The notes beneath the pieces were generated by a model. The model was not told where the DNA came from. It searched no databases and saw nothing but the letters and a program-made list of their open reading frames with translations. The translations under genes and the position numbers were made by a program. Shown here piece by piece: positions 30,663 through 43,079 of a stretch of 64,000 nt of DNA (its first letter is position 1; the number at the start of each line of letters is the position of its first letter). This DNA is from a virus (Duplodnaviria > Caudoviricetes): positions 17,232 through 81,231 of the IMG/VR virus record IMGVR_UViG_3300009085_000025; one strand, given 5' to 3'.

Positions 30663-31470
30663 TGCATTTTCTCCTTAGCTCAATCTCAGTGTATATGATT
30701 CACCAACTTTTATTTTATTGAATTCAAGTCCAGCGTCTTCAATTGCATAATTTGAATTATAAATCATCATCATATCATTGCTCATTTTTCTTGAGCGAAT
30801 ATATTGCTGAGTGTCATCAACCATATGACCATCTTTCCACATTCGCTTTTTGATTACATCAAATCCCTGCAACTTCAAACAATTCATGACATCATACAGG
30901 AACGTGGATTCTGGAAGAGCATATCCACCGTTTTTATATTTTTTAATGTCGGACGATTCTTTTGTTACTTTGCAATGTCCTGTTACAATATTCAATTGTA
31001 CAATCATGATTAAATTTCCTTAATAACGCTGGTGATATCGGAAAAACAATGTGGGCAAATGATTTCTATCGTATCTTCTCCGTACCAATCCACGGCTTCG
31101 TAATCTACAACTTTTCCATTTTCATCCACTGTGGCGGGACGAGAACATAATGTAACAACATTTACCGTTTCTAATTTTTCTTCACATTCAGGGCATTTCA
31201 TAATTTTCTCCTTTTGAAAACTGGATTTTTGGATGGACTTCAAAGTTTTTCTGCTTTCTTCTGTTTGCCTAAACCCATACGATGAAACCCCATGGATATA
31301 AGTCAGGAATGATGGAGTCATTTCAGAAACAATATGTGGATATTGTTTCGCACAATTTTTCATGGCTTGTGAAATTCTTTTACCTTTGCAATCTACTCTA
31401 AACCCCGTAGAGAGTAAAATGCTGTATGATACATCTTTTCGCATGATTTTCTCCTTATAAATATATTAGA

Positions 31471-31521
31471 ATAACTCAAAACTGTAAATAAGAAATAATC
31501 TTATTTACAGATGTTCAATTA
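31471..31521 (-). repeat. junction hairpin, family B
   Basis: ATAACTCA + 12-bp IR CTGTAAATAAGA/TCTTATTTACAG + GTTCAATTA. Confidence 0.75.
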
Positions 31522-31528
31522 TCCTACA

Positions 31529-32149
31529 TCAACTAATTTTTCCGTGTTCATTGAAATCATAATCATTTGCAATCATAGTATTCGCAATCGCCTCATCGCT
31601 ACATTGATACTCGTAGACGCTTCGCAAATCTTTCAATGCCTCTTCCATTTTGTCATCAAAGATTTCCACGGCATCATCTAAAATTTGCTCCGCCTTTCTA
31701 TTCAATTCCAATATTTCTTCATCCGAATAGCCATCATAATCTTCATTGTATTCATAGCCTTCAAAATCATATTCCAACTTTGTGTTTCGTTCTCTGGATG
31801 GACAATCATCAATCTTAATATTAGCCATATCCCAAATTTCCTTCGGAATTTTTAGGAATTTACGAGCAATATCTTCATCAACAAATTCCGCATCAACAAA
31901 CTGGATATACCATTCTCTATCAATCGAGAAATACAATTTCTTATAACTTAATAAATCATCAGTGTTAGGCGCTCCAATTTCAATTCCCATCCGTTCAAAT
32001 TCCCCAGATGAAAATCCCGTTTTGCAATCATAATCATACCACCAATCATCTTCAACATTAAAGGTTCGATATCTGTCATAAATTTTTTCTTTCAAATCAT
32101 CATCCGCTTCTTCAAATTTCCATGTAGTATATTGTTTAATTGTAGGCAT
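31529..32149 (-). CDS. highly acidic phage protein
   Basis: 206 aa, D/E-rich, C-terminal YEYQCSDEAI...ANDYDF. Confidence 0.6.
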   Translation of the reverse strand: MPTIKQYTTWKFEEADDDLKEKIYDRYRTFNVEDDWWYDYDCKTGFSSGEFERMGIEIGAPNTDDLLSYKKLYFSIDREWYIQFVDAEFVDEDIARKFLKIPKEIWDMANIKIDDCPSRERNTKLEYDFEGYEYNEDYDGYSDEEILELNRKAEQILDDAVEIFDDKMEEALKDLRSVYEYQCSDEAIANTMIANDYDFNEHGKIS

Positions 32150-32736
32150 ATTATTCTCCTTTAGTTTTCAACACTCATGCTCAATTGAAAAACAAAATCA
32201 TCAACATCACAGTTTTCATTCTCAGGAAGTTTGGATAATTTCTCGAAAATTTTTGTAACTGTTTTCACACGTAATCCATTGAAATGCACACCATCAAAAC
32301 TACCTGCAATTGTTTTTTCACTCTCGGTTACAACAAAATGAAAGGGATAGAAAAACCACTTGGAACCCAAATCATTTGAATAACTCCAAGCATTGTTGAT
32401 GCTGTCAAATAATTCACGTTCAATAACGTAATCGCCATCAAAACTCATGCACATCAATTTATATTTTGCCATTTTATTTTCCTTCGTTTTTCAATTTTGT
32501 ATTATATAATTTTGCCACAATTCTTATTTCTTTTTCTGTTGGAAGTGAATGTTCCATAGTGCTAAAGCATGGAACATCTTCCTTTGGTAAATATGCTTCC
32601 CAACCCCTATAATGAAGAGTCCACCACACATTTCCATTACTAGAAGTAAAACAAGTATATCCGTCATCATCAATATATATTTCAAAATCTTTTATTTCTG
32701 ACATTTTCATTCTCCTTATAAAATATAATAGTTTCT

Positions 32737-32789
32737 AGTATAACTCAAATATTCCCACGAGTCAAATCTCATGGGAATATGTTCAATCA
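32737..32789 (-). promoter_or_regulatory. family B element overlapping a promoter
   Basis: TTGACT-17-TATACT; -35 straddles loop of 13-bp hairpin. Confidence 0.75.
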
Positions 32790-33511
32790 TACTAAGCCTT
32801 ATGTTTTATCGTCCAGCCATGTTGTATGTTATCCAACAATAAAATAAAAATCCCTTTGTCAAAACCAACATATGCAACATTGCCTTTTGCTGAACGCACT
32901 TCAAGCATCAAATTTCCACGCCTAATCTCAAAAGTATACTTGGAAATTGTTATTCTATCGCCTTCAAGGAAAGTGTATTCACCGATTTTCATGATGCCTC
33001 CAAAGAATTATTGTTGAAACTAATCCATGTATTATAGAAGTTATGCTCATCTTCAAATTCCCCCAACTCAATGTCAAAAGAAAAAATAATCTCATCGATT
33101 TCTTTTTTCCATAATTCACCAACATGTGACAACAAATCATATCGAAAACCATATTCATTTTCACCTTCTTCATATTGCTCATCATAATAGCAGAAGAAAA
33201 TATGGTTATCAGGATGTAATTCAACAACAGAATTTCCATTGACAATATCAACTCTTCCATTTGGGTATGTATTTTTAATCATTCTCCACCATCCCAAAAA
33301 TCAACAATTTCCATATTGCGATATTCAATTTCGCGGATAAAATCAATGGTATATTCCGGCATAATATATGTAACATTATTAGCAAATACATCTAAAGTAT
33401 CTGTGCTATGAAAAATCCAAGTTCGATGTTCATATGTTTTATCTTTCAAAAAAGCCACAACCTTATAAAAGTATGATGTTTTATCCATGTTTTTCTCCTT
33501 ATGATAATATA

Positions 33512-33558
33512 ATAACTCAAAACTACATATGAAGTTTTCATATGTAGATGTTCAATCA
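33512..33558 (-). repeat. junction hairpin, family B
   Basis: ATAACTCA + 11-bp IR CTACATATGAA/TTCATATGTAG + GTTCAATCA. Confidence 0.75.
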
Positions 33559-34770
33559 TTATACCTTCTTCAGATTATAAATTTCTTTCCAGCTAAAATC
33601 AACGGGAAATTTTTCAACATATCCAAATTCGTTTGTAATTTCTCCTTCAACCCAAACCCAGTTTGCATTAATCTTTATGGTATCAATTTTCATTTCATAC
33701 TTATCTAACACGATGATTGTGTCATGATATCCAACAGTTTCAAAATCTTCAATTCGTAAAATTTCTAAAATATTATCCAAATCAGATAATCGAACACCCC
33801 AAGTCCCAGTGGTTCCCTGAGAAAGAACATGACCCACACTATATCCAACTTTATAGCAAAAATCATAAGCTTCCATAACTTCTGCTTCTGTTAATTCATC
33901 TAGAAAATGCAACCAAGTAAGATGTGCAATTTTCAGAATGAAATTAGCTAGAGCATTTGTATCAGGCTCAATATTTCCATATTTAGCCGGAGTGGTTGGA
34001 GAATATTTACATGCGTTCTCCATAATTTCCCCTAGTTGTTTTGCAATTGCCTGTTTCTTGATATATTGTGTATTCATTTTTATTCTCCTGTAATTTCTAA
34101 TCGTTTTGAAAAAACATCATATGATACTTTTACTGGCTCCAAGATTACAAAATCTTTTGGATTATTCCAAATTTCGCCAGATTCGGTTACGACTCTTCCG
34201 TCATTATTATTCGTAAATGAAATTGATTTCACTCGAACAATTTTTCCATCGTAATCCCTATCACCAAAATAAAATCTTACTCTAAACATTTTATTCTCCT
34301 AATAAAAAACATCTATTTTTATGTTTGAATATAACTCATCAAACTTTTCCTGTGAAATTTGCTCAATATCATGTCCACCTTCACAGTTATAATCATATCC
34401 ACGAGGAATTAGATAGATATATTTTTTGCCAATCTTTATCTTTGCAATTCCAACTGGTGTACTGCACGTCAATTCTCTAAAAGAACCCATTCTTTCATAA
34501 ACACTTATTAATTCGATGTCGCCTTGTTTCATAATTCATTCTCCATATGTTTTATTTTCTGTTCAACATAAGCCAACAATTCACGCAATTCCCTGACGGC
34601 ATATTCAAATTCGGACTTTCTCAACTCAGATAGTTTTTTCTGATTATTTCCACCAAGAATTTCATATGACGATAGAGATGCGCTTGCAGTTGTTCTTTTT
34701 AATGCAACTTGAAACAATAACTCCGATAAAGGCTTTTTGATATCGTTCATAACTTCTCCTTATAGATTTT

Positions 34771-34823
34771 GACTAATAAAAATCCATGAAACTAATCTTT
34801 CATGGATTTTTATTAATCCCCCT
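34771..34823 (-). repeat. junction hairpin, family C
   Basis: GAC + 18-bp IR TAATAAAAATCCATGAAA/TTTCATGGATTTTTATTA + ATCCCCCT. Confidence 0.75.
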
Positions 34824-36357
34824 TGATTTTATTTATCCGTATCTCGCTTCTTCTTCATCAAATTCTGCGGTGTCGCCAGTAAAATTACCGTTTCCGTCAT
34901 ATTGACAACTTCCAGCACAGTTATTGCAGTATCCTGATTGATACCGATGAGAATTATCATCTTCATCAAAAAAATTACTTTTGTCACTAAAAGCAATTGA
35001 AGTAGTATCAATTAACTCATCGCCATTATTATCATAAATATCGAAAATAAAACCTTCGCTGGTCAGAATTACGGCGACCATAAATTTTTCATTCATGACA
35101 ATATTGCAACGAGTGCTATCCGATTCTTCTAAGTGTAAAACGCCTTTGATTAATTTCATTCTTCCCATCCACTTTCTGCACCATCTTCTGGATTATCCAT
35201 TGGCTCACAGGGTTTTTCATCCTTATAAATTAGATAATCTGGAAGTGAAAAATACAAGAAATTTCCAGTCGAATCCGCGTCGACTTGCCCCGGAAAACAC
35301 GGTGAACAAAGATTTCCACGAGCCGTAGTTTTACTCCAAATAACTTGAATTGTAAATTCACGAAGAATTCCAGCAAATTCACCATTCTCATCATGAAAAT
35401 AAATTCCTTCTTCATCTCTCTTCCAATCGCCAACCAATTTTTCGTGTGCGCCATCACATTCGATATAATCAAATTCCTTTTGCTTTGACCAGCCACATGC
35501 TTGACAATCCCCATCTACATCCAGCAAATATTCACATTCTGGACAATCCTGAATTTCTTCAATATCTCGATATGCTGTCTCACAATCTAAACAAATATCA
35601 TTATCCAAATATTCCCAATTGATAGAGTTTGTTGAATAAACTCCGGTGGTTGGTACTTCTGAATCCACGTAAAATCCATAGTGATTTACCATTGTCATTT
35701 TATTCTCCTATGATATTTAAAAAATCGTTATGTAAATAATTATTGTGGCGAAACTCGCACCAATCACAGTGCCTAGAAAAACCCCAATAAGAAGTGCGCG
35801 ACGATGAACAAACACCGTCTTTTTATCCCAAAATTTATTTATTCTGTCAATTTCTGCTTGTATATCTCGCATAAGTTATCCTAACTTTCAAAATCAACAT
35901 CATATTCTACGACGACAGTTTTTACAATTGAAATATAATCCATCAGAAAATTTATTCCAGCAAGATTTCCATAATTTTTCAAAAGAAATCCTAGCGCATC
36001 GTCATAACTTGAAAAATCATTCCACGGTTCGTCTGCTATTTTTCTATTCACTTTCACCCTATATGATTCGTAGAAATTACGCAGGGTTGAAGTCGTTTTT
36101 ATTTCCATGTTTTCTCCTTGTTTTTTATTTTATAAGATGTACTATCTTTGAAATTTCCACTTGAATTTTCCAAAATTCAGTTTGACAGGCATTATATTTT
36201 TCCAACAATTCATCTGGAACATCAATGCCATGTTCTTCAAGAAAATCATTTCCGTACATTCCATCAGTATATTCTTTATCATACATTTGATAAATCATGG
36301 GGTCGTGATTTTGGATGTAAACTTTCGTCATAATTTCTCCTTGGTTATTTTATAATT

Positions 36358-36394
36358 CCATGATTGCCACAGAATTTTTTCTGTGGCAAATAAG
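36358..36394 (-). repeat. junction hairpin, family A
   Basis: CCATGA + 11-bp IR TTGCCACAGAA/TTCTGTGGCAA + ATAAG. Confidence 0.7.
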
Positions 36395-36403
36395 ATTATA
36401 AAA

Positions 36404-36910
36404 CTACAAACACCAGTAAGTGTTTCCGTCAATTTCACCAGAAGTGAAATCCACCTTGAAATCTTCGGCAACACCATCCCAATCAATATTATTCGCCAAC
36501 CAGCTTGGCAAATCTCTCATTTCACTGAATAAATCTGGAACCAAATCATTCTTGATATAATCAACAAAATAATCATCGTGAATTAGAGTAGCGCCATATT
36601 TCCAGTTATCGCAATAACCTTGAAATTCATCTTCAAAATCATCAAGTTGTTTGAATTCTTTTTCTAAATCAGAAAGATTTGCTTTTAGCGATTCTATATT
36701 CTTCTCCGCTTCTTTTATTTCATCCTGATTTTTCTTTATTTCTTCTTCCGTCATATCTTCAACATTATCAATCTCATCCTGCAAATCAGAAATTTCCCCA
36801 TCGAGCTCCTCAATTTCTTCCTTACAATCATAAATTTCGCTATCCAATTCACTGATTCGATTGATAATATCCCGACTGTCACCGTACTTATCACCTATAT
36901 CAAAAGCCAT
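36404..36910 (-). CDS. ArdA-like acidic antirestriction/DNA-mimic protein
   Basis: very acidic, coiled-coil insert, C-terminal IDWDGVAEDFKVDF...GNTYW. Confidence 0.5.
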   Translation of the reverse strand: MAFDIGDKYGDSRDIINRISELDSEIYDCKEEIEELDGEISDLQDEIDNVEDMTEEEIKKNQDEIKEAEKNIESLKANLSDLEKEFKQLDDFEDEFQGYCDNWKYGATLIHDDYFVDYIKNDLVPDLFSEMRDLPSWLANNIDWDGVAEDFKVDFTSGEIDGNTYWCL

Positions 36911-37600
36911 AATATTCTCTCCTTTTTACCATGAAATCCAGAAGATTAATTCCGTAACATCCTCTGTTGTATCTTTATAATTATAAAATTCATGCTCAAT
37001 ATCAAACACCATACAAATCAAATCAAAAAGTTCCAAATTGCCATTGTCTTTAATTTGATTCCTTCGAATTTTACAATAACTATCATTGCGAAATTCCACA
37101 TCGTTATTGCTGAACATTTCTAGGATGTCTGGATTTTGCCACAAATTATTATTATTCAAGTATCGTTCAACATTATCCCATTCCAAAATCTTTTTTGTTT
37201 CAAAACAACTAGCTAAATCTCGGTCTGTTCTATACAGTGACGATTGCATTTTTTCTCCTTTACCAATCTGTTGTTTCAATTAAATCATCAAAAGCGCCCT
37301 TAGTAATCATAATTGGGTCGCCAGATAAATTCAGCACATTATCCCATTTGTCCATGAATACAGTAAATTCTTTTATTCTTTTATCTGTATCTTCCACGAA
37401 AACTTCTTCTTCATTTAATCTATTTGGATTTATAATTTCCGTGAAGAAAGAAGCGCCCATAGCATTACAAAACTCCGTAATCCATTCATTCTTATTCATG
37501 ATTTTTCTTACAATTTCCAGTTGTTCTTTTCTGGCACGTTTATAAAAAGCTTCAAACTCCATATCAAGTAATTTGCTCATATTTTCTCCTTATCAAAATA

Positions 37601-37646
37601 ATATTACCATGAGTGCCTACGATTGTCAAATCGTAGGCACATAAGC
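37601..37646 (-). promoter_or_regulatory. family A element: promoter with -35 hexamer as the exact hairpin loop
   Basis: GTGCCTACGAT-[TGTCAA]-ATCGTAGGCAC on plus; TTGACA-17-TAATAT on minus. Confidence 0.8.
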
Positions 37647-37886
37647 ATATTATTTCACGCTCGTTTTGAATCTACGTCCCACAAACTTGCTTCTAAATCT
37701 ACAGATAAACTAGCTTTTTCTACAACATCTGAAAGATATGGAACTCCATATCCTCTATCTTGACACCATTCTTTTAATTGAGATAACTTTAATACATCAA
37801 ACAATTCCCACACGAAGAAATTTTCTCCGTTTATTTCCGCAATCTTTCTTCGTTTTTCCAATACAACAATATTTTTTTTCATATTA

Positions 37887-38435
37887 TTAATAATCCTGAT
37901 ATAATTCTTCCAATGTATTCAATTCATCCGTAGTAAATGACGAATAAATTTTAGCGGCTGTTTCAACACACGCCTTCCAAATTGCTTCTGCTCTACGAGA
38001 ATCCTCATCGTACCCAAAATTTCCACAAAAATCATGAAAATCATCTCGTCCAGAATTTGCATCAGATAAAATACACCAAACAAAAGAAACCATATTTGGA
38101 AGAATGGGCTTCTTTTTATTGATATTTACCCAATCCATAGAGTTTCCATACCAAGTTTCAAATCCTGTTTCGCATTCCTTTTCAATCATTTTCTTCAAAT
38201 TATATCCCACATTTTCCGTTTCATTTGCTGGACAGTGCCCCTGACCTTCATTGTATTCTGTTGTAAAAATTTTTACATCATTCTTGTAAAGTGTGACATT
38301 CCAATTCAATGATGAAAACTTTGCGTCTTTATTGTAATCTTTTTCTTTTGCTTTTGACCATGGGATAAATTCGGATTTGATTGAAATTCCCATTGATTTC
38401 AAAACAGATGAAATCTTCTTTTCATTCTCACTCAA
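37887..38435 (-). CDS. conserved phage protein
   Basis: FHDFCGNFGYDEDSRRAE motif. Confidence 0.6.
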   Translation of the reverse strand: MSENEKKISSVLKSMGISIKSEFIPWSKAKEKDYNKDAKFSSLNWNVTLYKNDVKIFTTEYNEGQGHCPANETENVGYNLKKMIEKECETGFETWYGNSMDWVNINKKKPILPNMVSFVWCILSDANSGRDDFHDFCGNFGYDEDSRRAEAIWKACVETAAKIYSSFTTDELNTLEELYQDY

Positions 38436-38996
38436 TTTTTCGCCATTTTATTTATCCTCTTTTGGGTCATAATCTTTCATGTAATTTGATAAACACGTCA
38501 TTCTGTCAACATCTAAATTCAAAATATTTCGAATTTTATCTGGAAAACCATCACTTGAAATTGCAATATCATTCCTCCAATAAACTGAACCCCATCCGGA
38601 TGTTGATTTCATCTTGATATTATGTTTCTTGAAGTATGTTCTAATTTCCAAAATAAAAATTTTGTTTGCTAATTCTGCAACTTCATCAAGATATTTGTCG
38701 TGCAGACGCTCCAGAGCTCCCTCAATAATTGCTATTTTATCCATTTTTCTCCTTGAAAATATTTTATATTTTCTTTATTTTCCCTTACAAGTTTCAACAA
38801 TTTAATCATCGGATAATCCCAAGCGGGGAATTCATATGTAGGATTTATAAATTTTTCCCAAGCCTCCGTTGATATTCTTTCCCATCCCGTAGTGCATAAT
38901 CCCACCTTGGGAATTTCCGCATCATCTTCTGTCGCTATCAATTTTCCCGTAGTTTGATTTACAAATTTTAGCATTTTTTCCTTTCTTTCTATAATA

Positions 38997-39044
38997 ATAT
39001 TACCATAACTATTCATGAAATTCAACTTTCATGAATAGATTAAG
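38997..39044 (-). promoter_or_regulatory. family A element: -35-like hexamer in hairpin loop
   Basis: TTGAAT-17-TAATAT with TGG; 12-bp IR CTATTCATGAAA/TTTCATGAATAG. Confidence 0.7.
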
Positions 39045-40453
39045 CATATTATCTTTTATTATGTCAATAAATCCGCAAGCATTTGGCTTGCTTTCTTGCT
39101 ATCTTCCTCATAAAAAATATCACTATATTTTTCTCCGAGCAAATAAAAATAATTACATGCGGCTTGACCATATCTTTGATATGGAAAATCTCCCTTGAAA
39201 TACTTCAAAGAAAATTCATACATATTTTTCAAAGTTAATTCCATCTTATTGCTCCTTTTCTAGAATTTCCATGATTGCATCAATTTTATGTCTGTGCATC
39301 TTAGAACTCAGTTGTATAAATTCTCCGTCTTCTCCCCACATTGCCACCATGTGTCCAACTTCCATTGGAAAATATGTTACCCAAGCGGTGGGAATTTTCT
39401 TTTTTAATTGGACAACTAATTTGTCGATTTTATCCCAATAAGCCCCCAATTCGTCACTAGGACATCCGTTATAAACTCTCATATCCATTATATTTTTTCC
39501 TTATTTTTTACAATCAAAATTGTGCATTCTTGAACATCTGAACCACCACCAAAACAGGGTTTCCACGAGAAATAAGATTCCTTATATTCATCTTTAATTT
39601 TGCGTAATCTTACTACATCATCAAGTTTTCTCAAAGTTTCCCTGTCATCAAAATGATAATAATTATCCCTGTCTCTTAGAATATCTTCGATATCTTCAAT
39701 CAAAACTTGTTCTGCTTCTTCTAAATCCATTTCATATGTTTCAATTGAAAAAATAACATCTCCGCCCAAATTTTCGGCGGCTTTTTCAAAAACCCCCAAA
39801 TATTTGTCAACAAGATTTTTATCTTCTTCCGTAATTCCACTTGAATCTGCGTTTACAATATATGACAATGCCCAAGTTGGAATTCTCAAATTATTGTACG
39901 TTCTGATAGGTATCATAGTAAATCCTCCATATGATTTTCAACTAATTTTACAATATCTTTAACTTCAATATTTTCAAAATACTTTTTCCCGCAACGGTCA
40001 CAACGAAAATCTGTTTGAATTTCTCCTAAATCTTCTAGATAATACGGCTGATGTATTTTGAAATCAATATTTCCATCACAAATTTCTCTCGTGTAGTATC
40101 CGTTGATTTTCCCTTTGAATTTACTGGCGATTCCATATATTCCTAGCACTTGGACTTTCTTATTTTTCCAGTAAACAACCAGCACCTCATTTTTACATTT
40201 CATCTGTTTCTCCATGGCTTTTTGGAATATAATATCCTTCTTCTACGGATTCAAAAAACCTCCAAATTTCTGCATCTGGATTTTTTCTTGGACAATCGCC
40301 AAAATGTTCAATCGGATTCCACCAATATTCAACAACATGGCATGTGCAATCGTTTTCTAATTCCCATCTCATTCTTTCTTCTGGAAGCATTTTTTCTAGC
40401 TTCTTAGTGAGAACAAAATAATCATCCATTTATATCTCCTTGAATTTTTATTA

Positions 40454-40506
40454 GACTTATTACAATTCATGAAAGATAAATTTCATGAATTCTAATAAAT
40501 CCCCCT
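40454..40506 (-). repeat. junction hairpin, family C
   Basis: GAC-TTATTA-C-AATTCATGAAA/TTTCATGAATT-C-TAATAA + ATCCCCCT. Confidence 0.7.
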
Positions 40507-40972
40507 AATTTTATTTATCCTAAATTCTTTAGAATAATAACACTTGAACCAAATAAATCGGTCAAGTATTCAATCGCCAATTGTTTTTCATCGAAGGTTT
40601 TTCTATAACCAGCGCCATAATCGGCAAATGATATTTGCCACTTGCCTAGCGGATTTTTTCCGATGAGAAATTTTACCGATTCGACTTCTACCAAAACATC
40701 GTTTTCAATCATATCTAAAAAGATATCTCTTTCCATATTTTCTCCTTATTCTTGAAAATTTTGCATGGCTTCAGCAATTGCCTTGGATAATCCCGGTAAT
40801 TCACTAGGAAGAATTGCCAGCCGTTTATTTTGAACGGTATCCAAAATATAAATTCCGATATGTGGAACTACTATTTCCACACTTATTTGCTTGGATACTT
40901 TTATGAGAATACTTTCTTCTTTCTCAAGAATTTCTTCGGGTACAATTTTCATATTTTCTCCTTATAAAAATA

Positions 40973-41018
40973 ATAACTAAAGATTACCCATGAAAATTTC
41001 ATGGGTAAATATTCAACC
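40973..41018 (-). repeat. junction hairpin, family B
   Basis: ATAACTAA + 12-bp IR TTACCCATGAAA/TTTCATGGGTAA + TTCAACCA. Confidence 0.7.
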
Positions 41019-41026
41019 ATTATTTC

Positions 41027-41893
41027 CTATAATTCTAATCTCATATGGCAACCACAAACATCGAATCTTTGGTCATATGATTCCTGACGATATCCATCTG
41101 AATTTCCATGGGCATCATTATATTGCACACAAATATTGCAAGTTTTCCAGTTGAGAACTCTTTGAACTAATTCATAAATCTCATCTTCTTTTGGGGTTTC
41201 ATCGTTTGAATTACACTCTCGTACAAACCAATAAACCATTTGTGAAATTTCAGCATCAGTAAAATCTCTGTCATCAAATTCTTCGCCATTGTTTCTAATG
41301 TAATATTCAATTTCATCTTTTACTAATTCTTCCTGTGCCTCCATTTCACGACGATAATAATCTTCATCATTGTACAATCCATAATCATCCAGTTTTTCTT
41401 TTACTTCATCCATTGTTTCCAGTAATTCAAAATCTGTTTCGTGAACCATCATCAATTTAAACCAACCACAAGCCCAGTGACCAAATTCTGCAATTAAAAT
41501 TCCCTTATTTGTATCTTCATCAAAACTCTCAGGATAATCCGCAAGAATACAATCCCAATTTGATTGTTCAAAATCATCAGAATCCCGCGTACAAGAAATG
41601 ACAATATAAAAATCTGACATATCTTCGCCACCATAATCAGATTTTGGCATCTTCCATTTACTTAGAAACTTCGGAGTGTATAAAATTTCCGTATATGTTC
41701 CTTTATAAACTGGAAAACCTTCGCCATCATCATCCCAACCATCTTGATTTACCCAGAAAACAATATCGGAATCTTTATACAAATTTGTGGCTGGAACAAC
41801 TTCAATTATATCATTTTTCCAATAACGTTGTGGGAGACTTTTATAATCTCCAGCCATTCCATGTCGAATAGTTTCATTCAATTTAATTTTCAT
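41027..41893 (-). CDS. conserved acidic phage protein
   Basis: 288 aa, SNWD...FGHWACGW...DYGLYNDEDY. Confidence 0.6.
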   Translation of the reverse strand: MKIKLNETIRHGMAGDYKSLPQRYWKNDIIEVVPATNLYKDSDIVFWVNQDGWDDDGEGFPVYKGTYTEILYTPKFLSKWKMPKSDYGGEDMSDFYIVISCTRDSDDFEQSNWDCILADYPESFDEDTNKGILIAEFGHWACGWFKLMMVHETDFELLETMDEVKEKLDDYGLYNDEDYYRREMEAQEELVKDEIEYYIRNNGEEFDDRDFTDAEISQMVYWFVRECNSNDETPKEDEIYELVQRVLNWKTCNICVQYNDAHGNSDGYRQESYDQRFDVCGCHMRLEL

Positions 41894-42206
41894 TTTTCTC
41901 CTTGTTATGTTTTACCATATTTCCAGTTCAATTTCGTAAGTTGAGCCGGAATCGCAGGTTGGACATCCATCGCTTTTATATCCATGGAAAAATTCAATAT
42001 TTTCTGTTTCAAAAAATTCGGAAAGCAATTTCAATTGACTAAATTTGCATTCCAAATATGAATAACCTTTTGCGATAGTTATAGCTACTTTTCCGGTTTT
42101 TTTTAGGGATACTTCTACTTCAATATTATCGTTATCCCAAATTTCATGAACCCTTTTTACTATTTTTTGTGCTGGATATCTTTTCATAAATTTCTCCTTT
42201 TTTATT

Positions 42207-42235
42207 ATTCTAACAAAAAATCAAAAAACTGTCAA
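42207..42235 (-). promoter_or_regulatory. sigma70-type promoter
   Basis: TTGACA-17-TAGAAT. Confidence 0.7.
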
Positions 42236-43027
42236 ATAAAAATTCCACTTGACAGATGTTTTGACTTCTTATTTCAAAATTCCAGAATAACTATAATCAT
42301 CAGGAATAAGAAGGAAGCTATAAAAAACAGGATGCCATCCTTCTTTTTCTAAAAGTTTTTCAATATCATCATTTTTAGTATTTTTTTCTACAAAATACCA
42401 CGTGTCAAAAACAAAAATCTCTCCGTTTTCTTCTGTATGAAAGACGATTACTTTATCCATTTTTTTTATTTAAACCTCACTACAACTTTTCCATTTGTCA
42501 CCAAGGTTCCCCACAAATCGCTCCAGTTTCCAAGCACATTATTTTTGGCACAATATGTAAAAAATTCCCCTTGATTTGCAAAATCATATGAATATAGAGT
42601 AGTCATATTTTTCTCCTTATCCAGAAAATCCCCAATGATTCGGGTCAGCTAAAATCGCCTTATGACCAAAATAATCAGCATATGATTCAAAACCATACAT
42701 ACGATTTTCATATGGTTCATTTTCATAAATCAACATCAAATCATAAAAAGATTTCTTGTCATTTTTTGCAAACTTCATCGTTCCACTTCGTAATCCATCG
42801 AATGTTGTGTGAATTTTTGTATAGAAACTTAGATATTTTATCCAGTTTCCATCCATGTGATGTACAAGATACATGGCTGATTCTTCACCATTTAATTTCA
42901 CCCACATTGACCAACTTTTTCCCTCATATTCCCCCCAAATTTTAGGCGAAATTCCTAAATATTCTGCACGTTCTTCGAGCGTCATTTTCTTATAATCCAT
43001 ATATATTCTCCTGTGAAATATGATTAT

Positions 43028-43079
43028 GACTAATAAAAACCACCTAAAATCTTTTAGGTGGTTTTTATTAATCCCCCTG
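43028..43079 (-). repeat. junction hairpin, family C
   Basis: GAC + 19-bp IR TAATAAAAACCACCTAAAA/TTTTAGGTGGTTTTTATTA + ATCCCCCTG. Confidence 0.75.
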
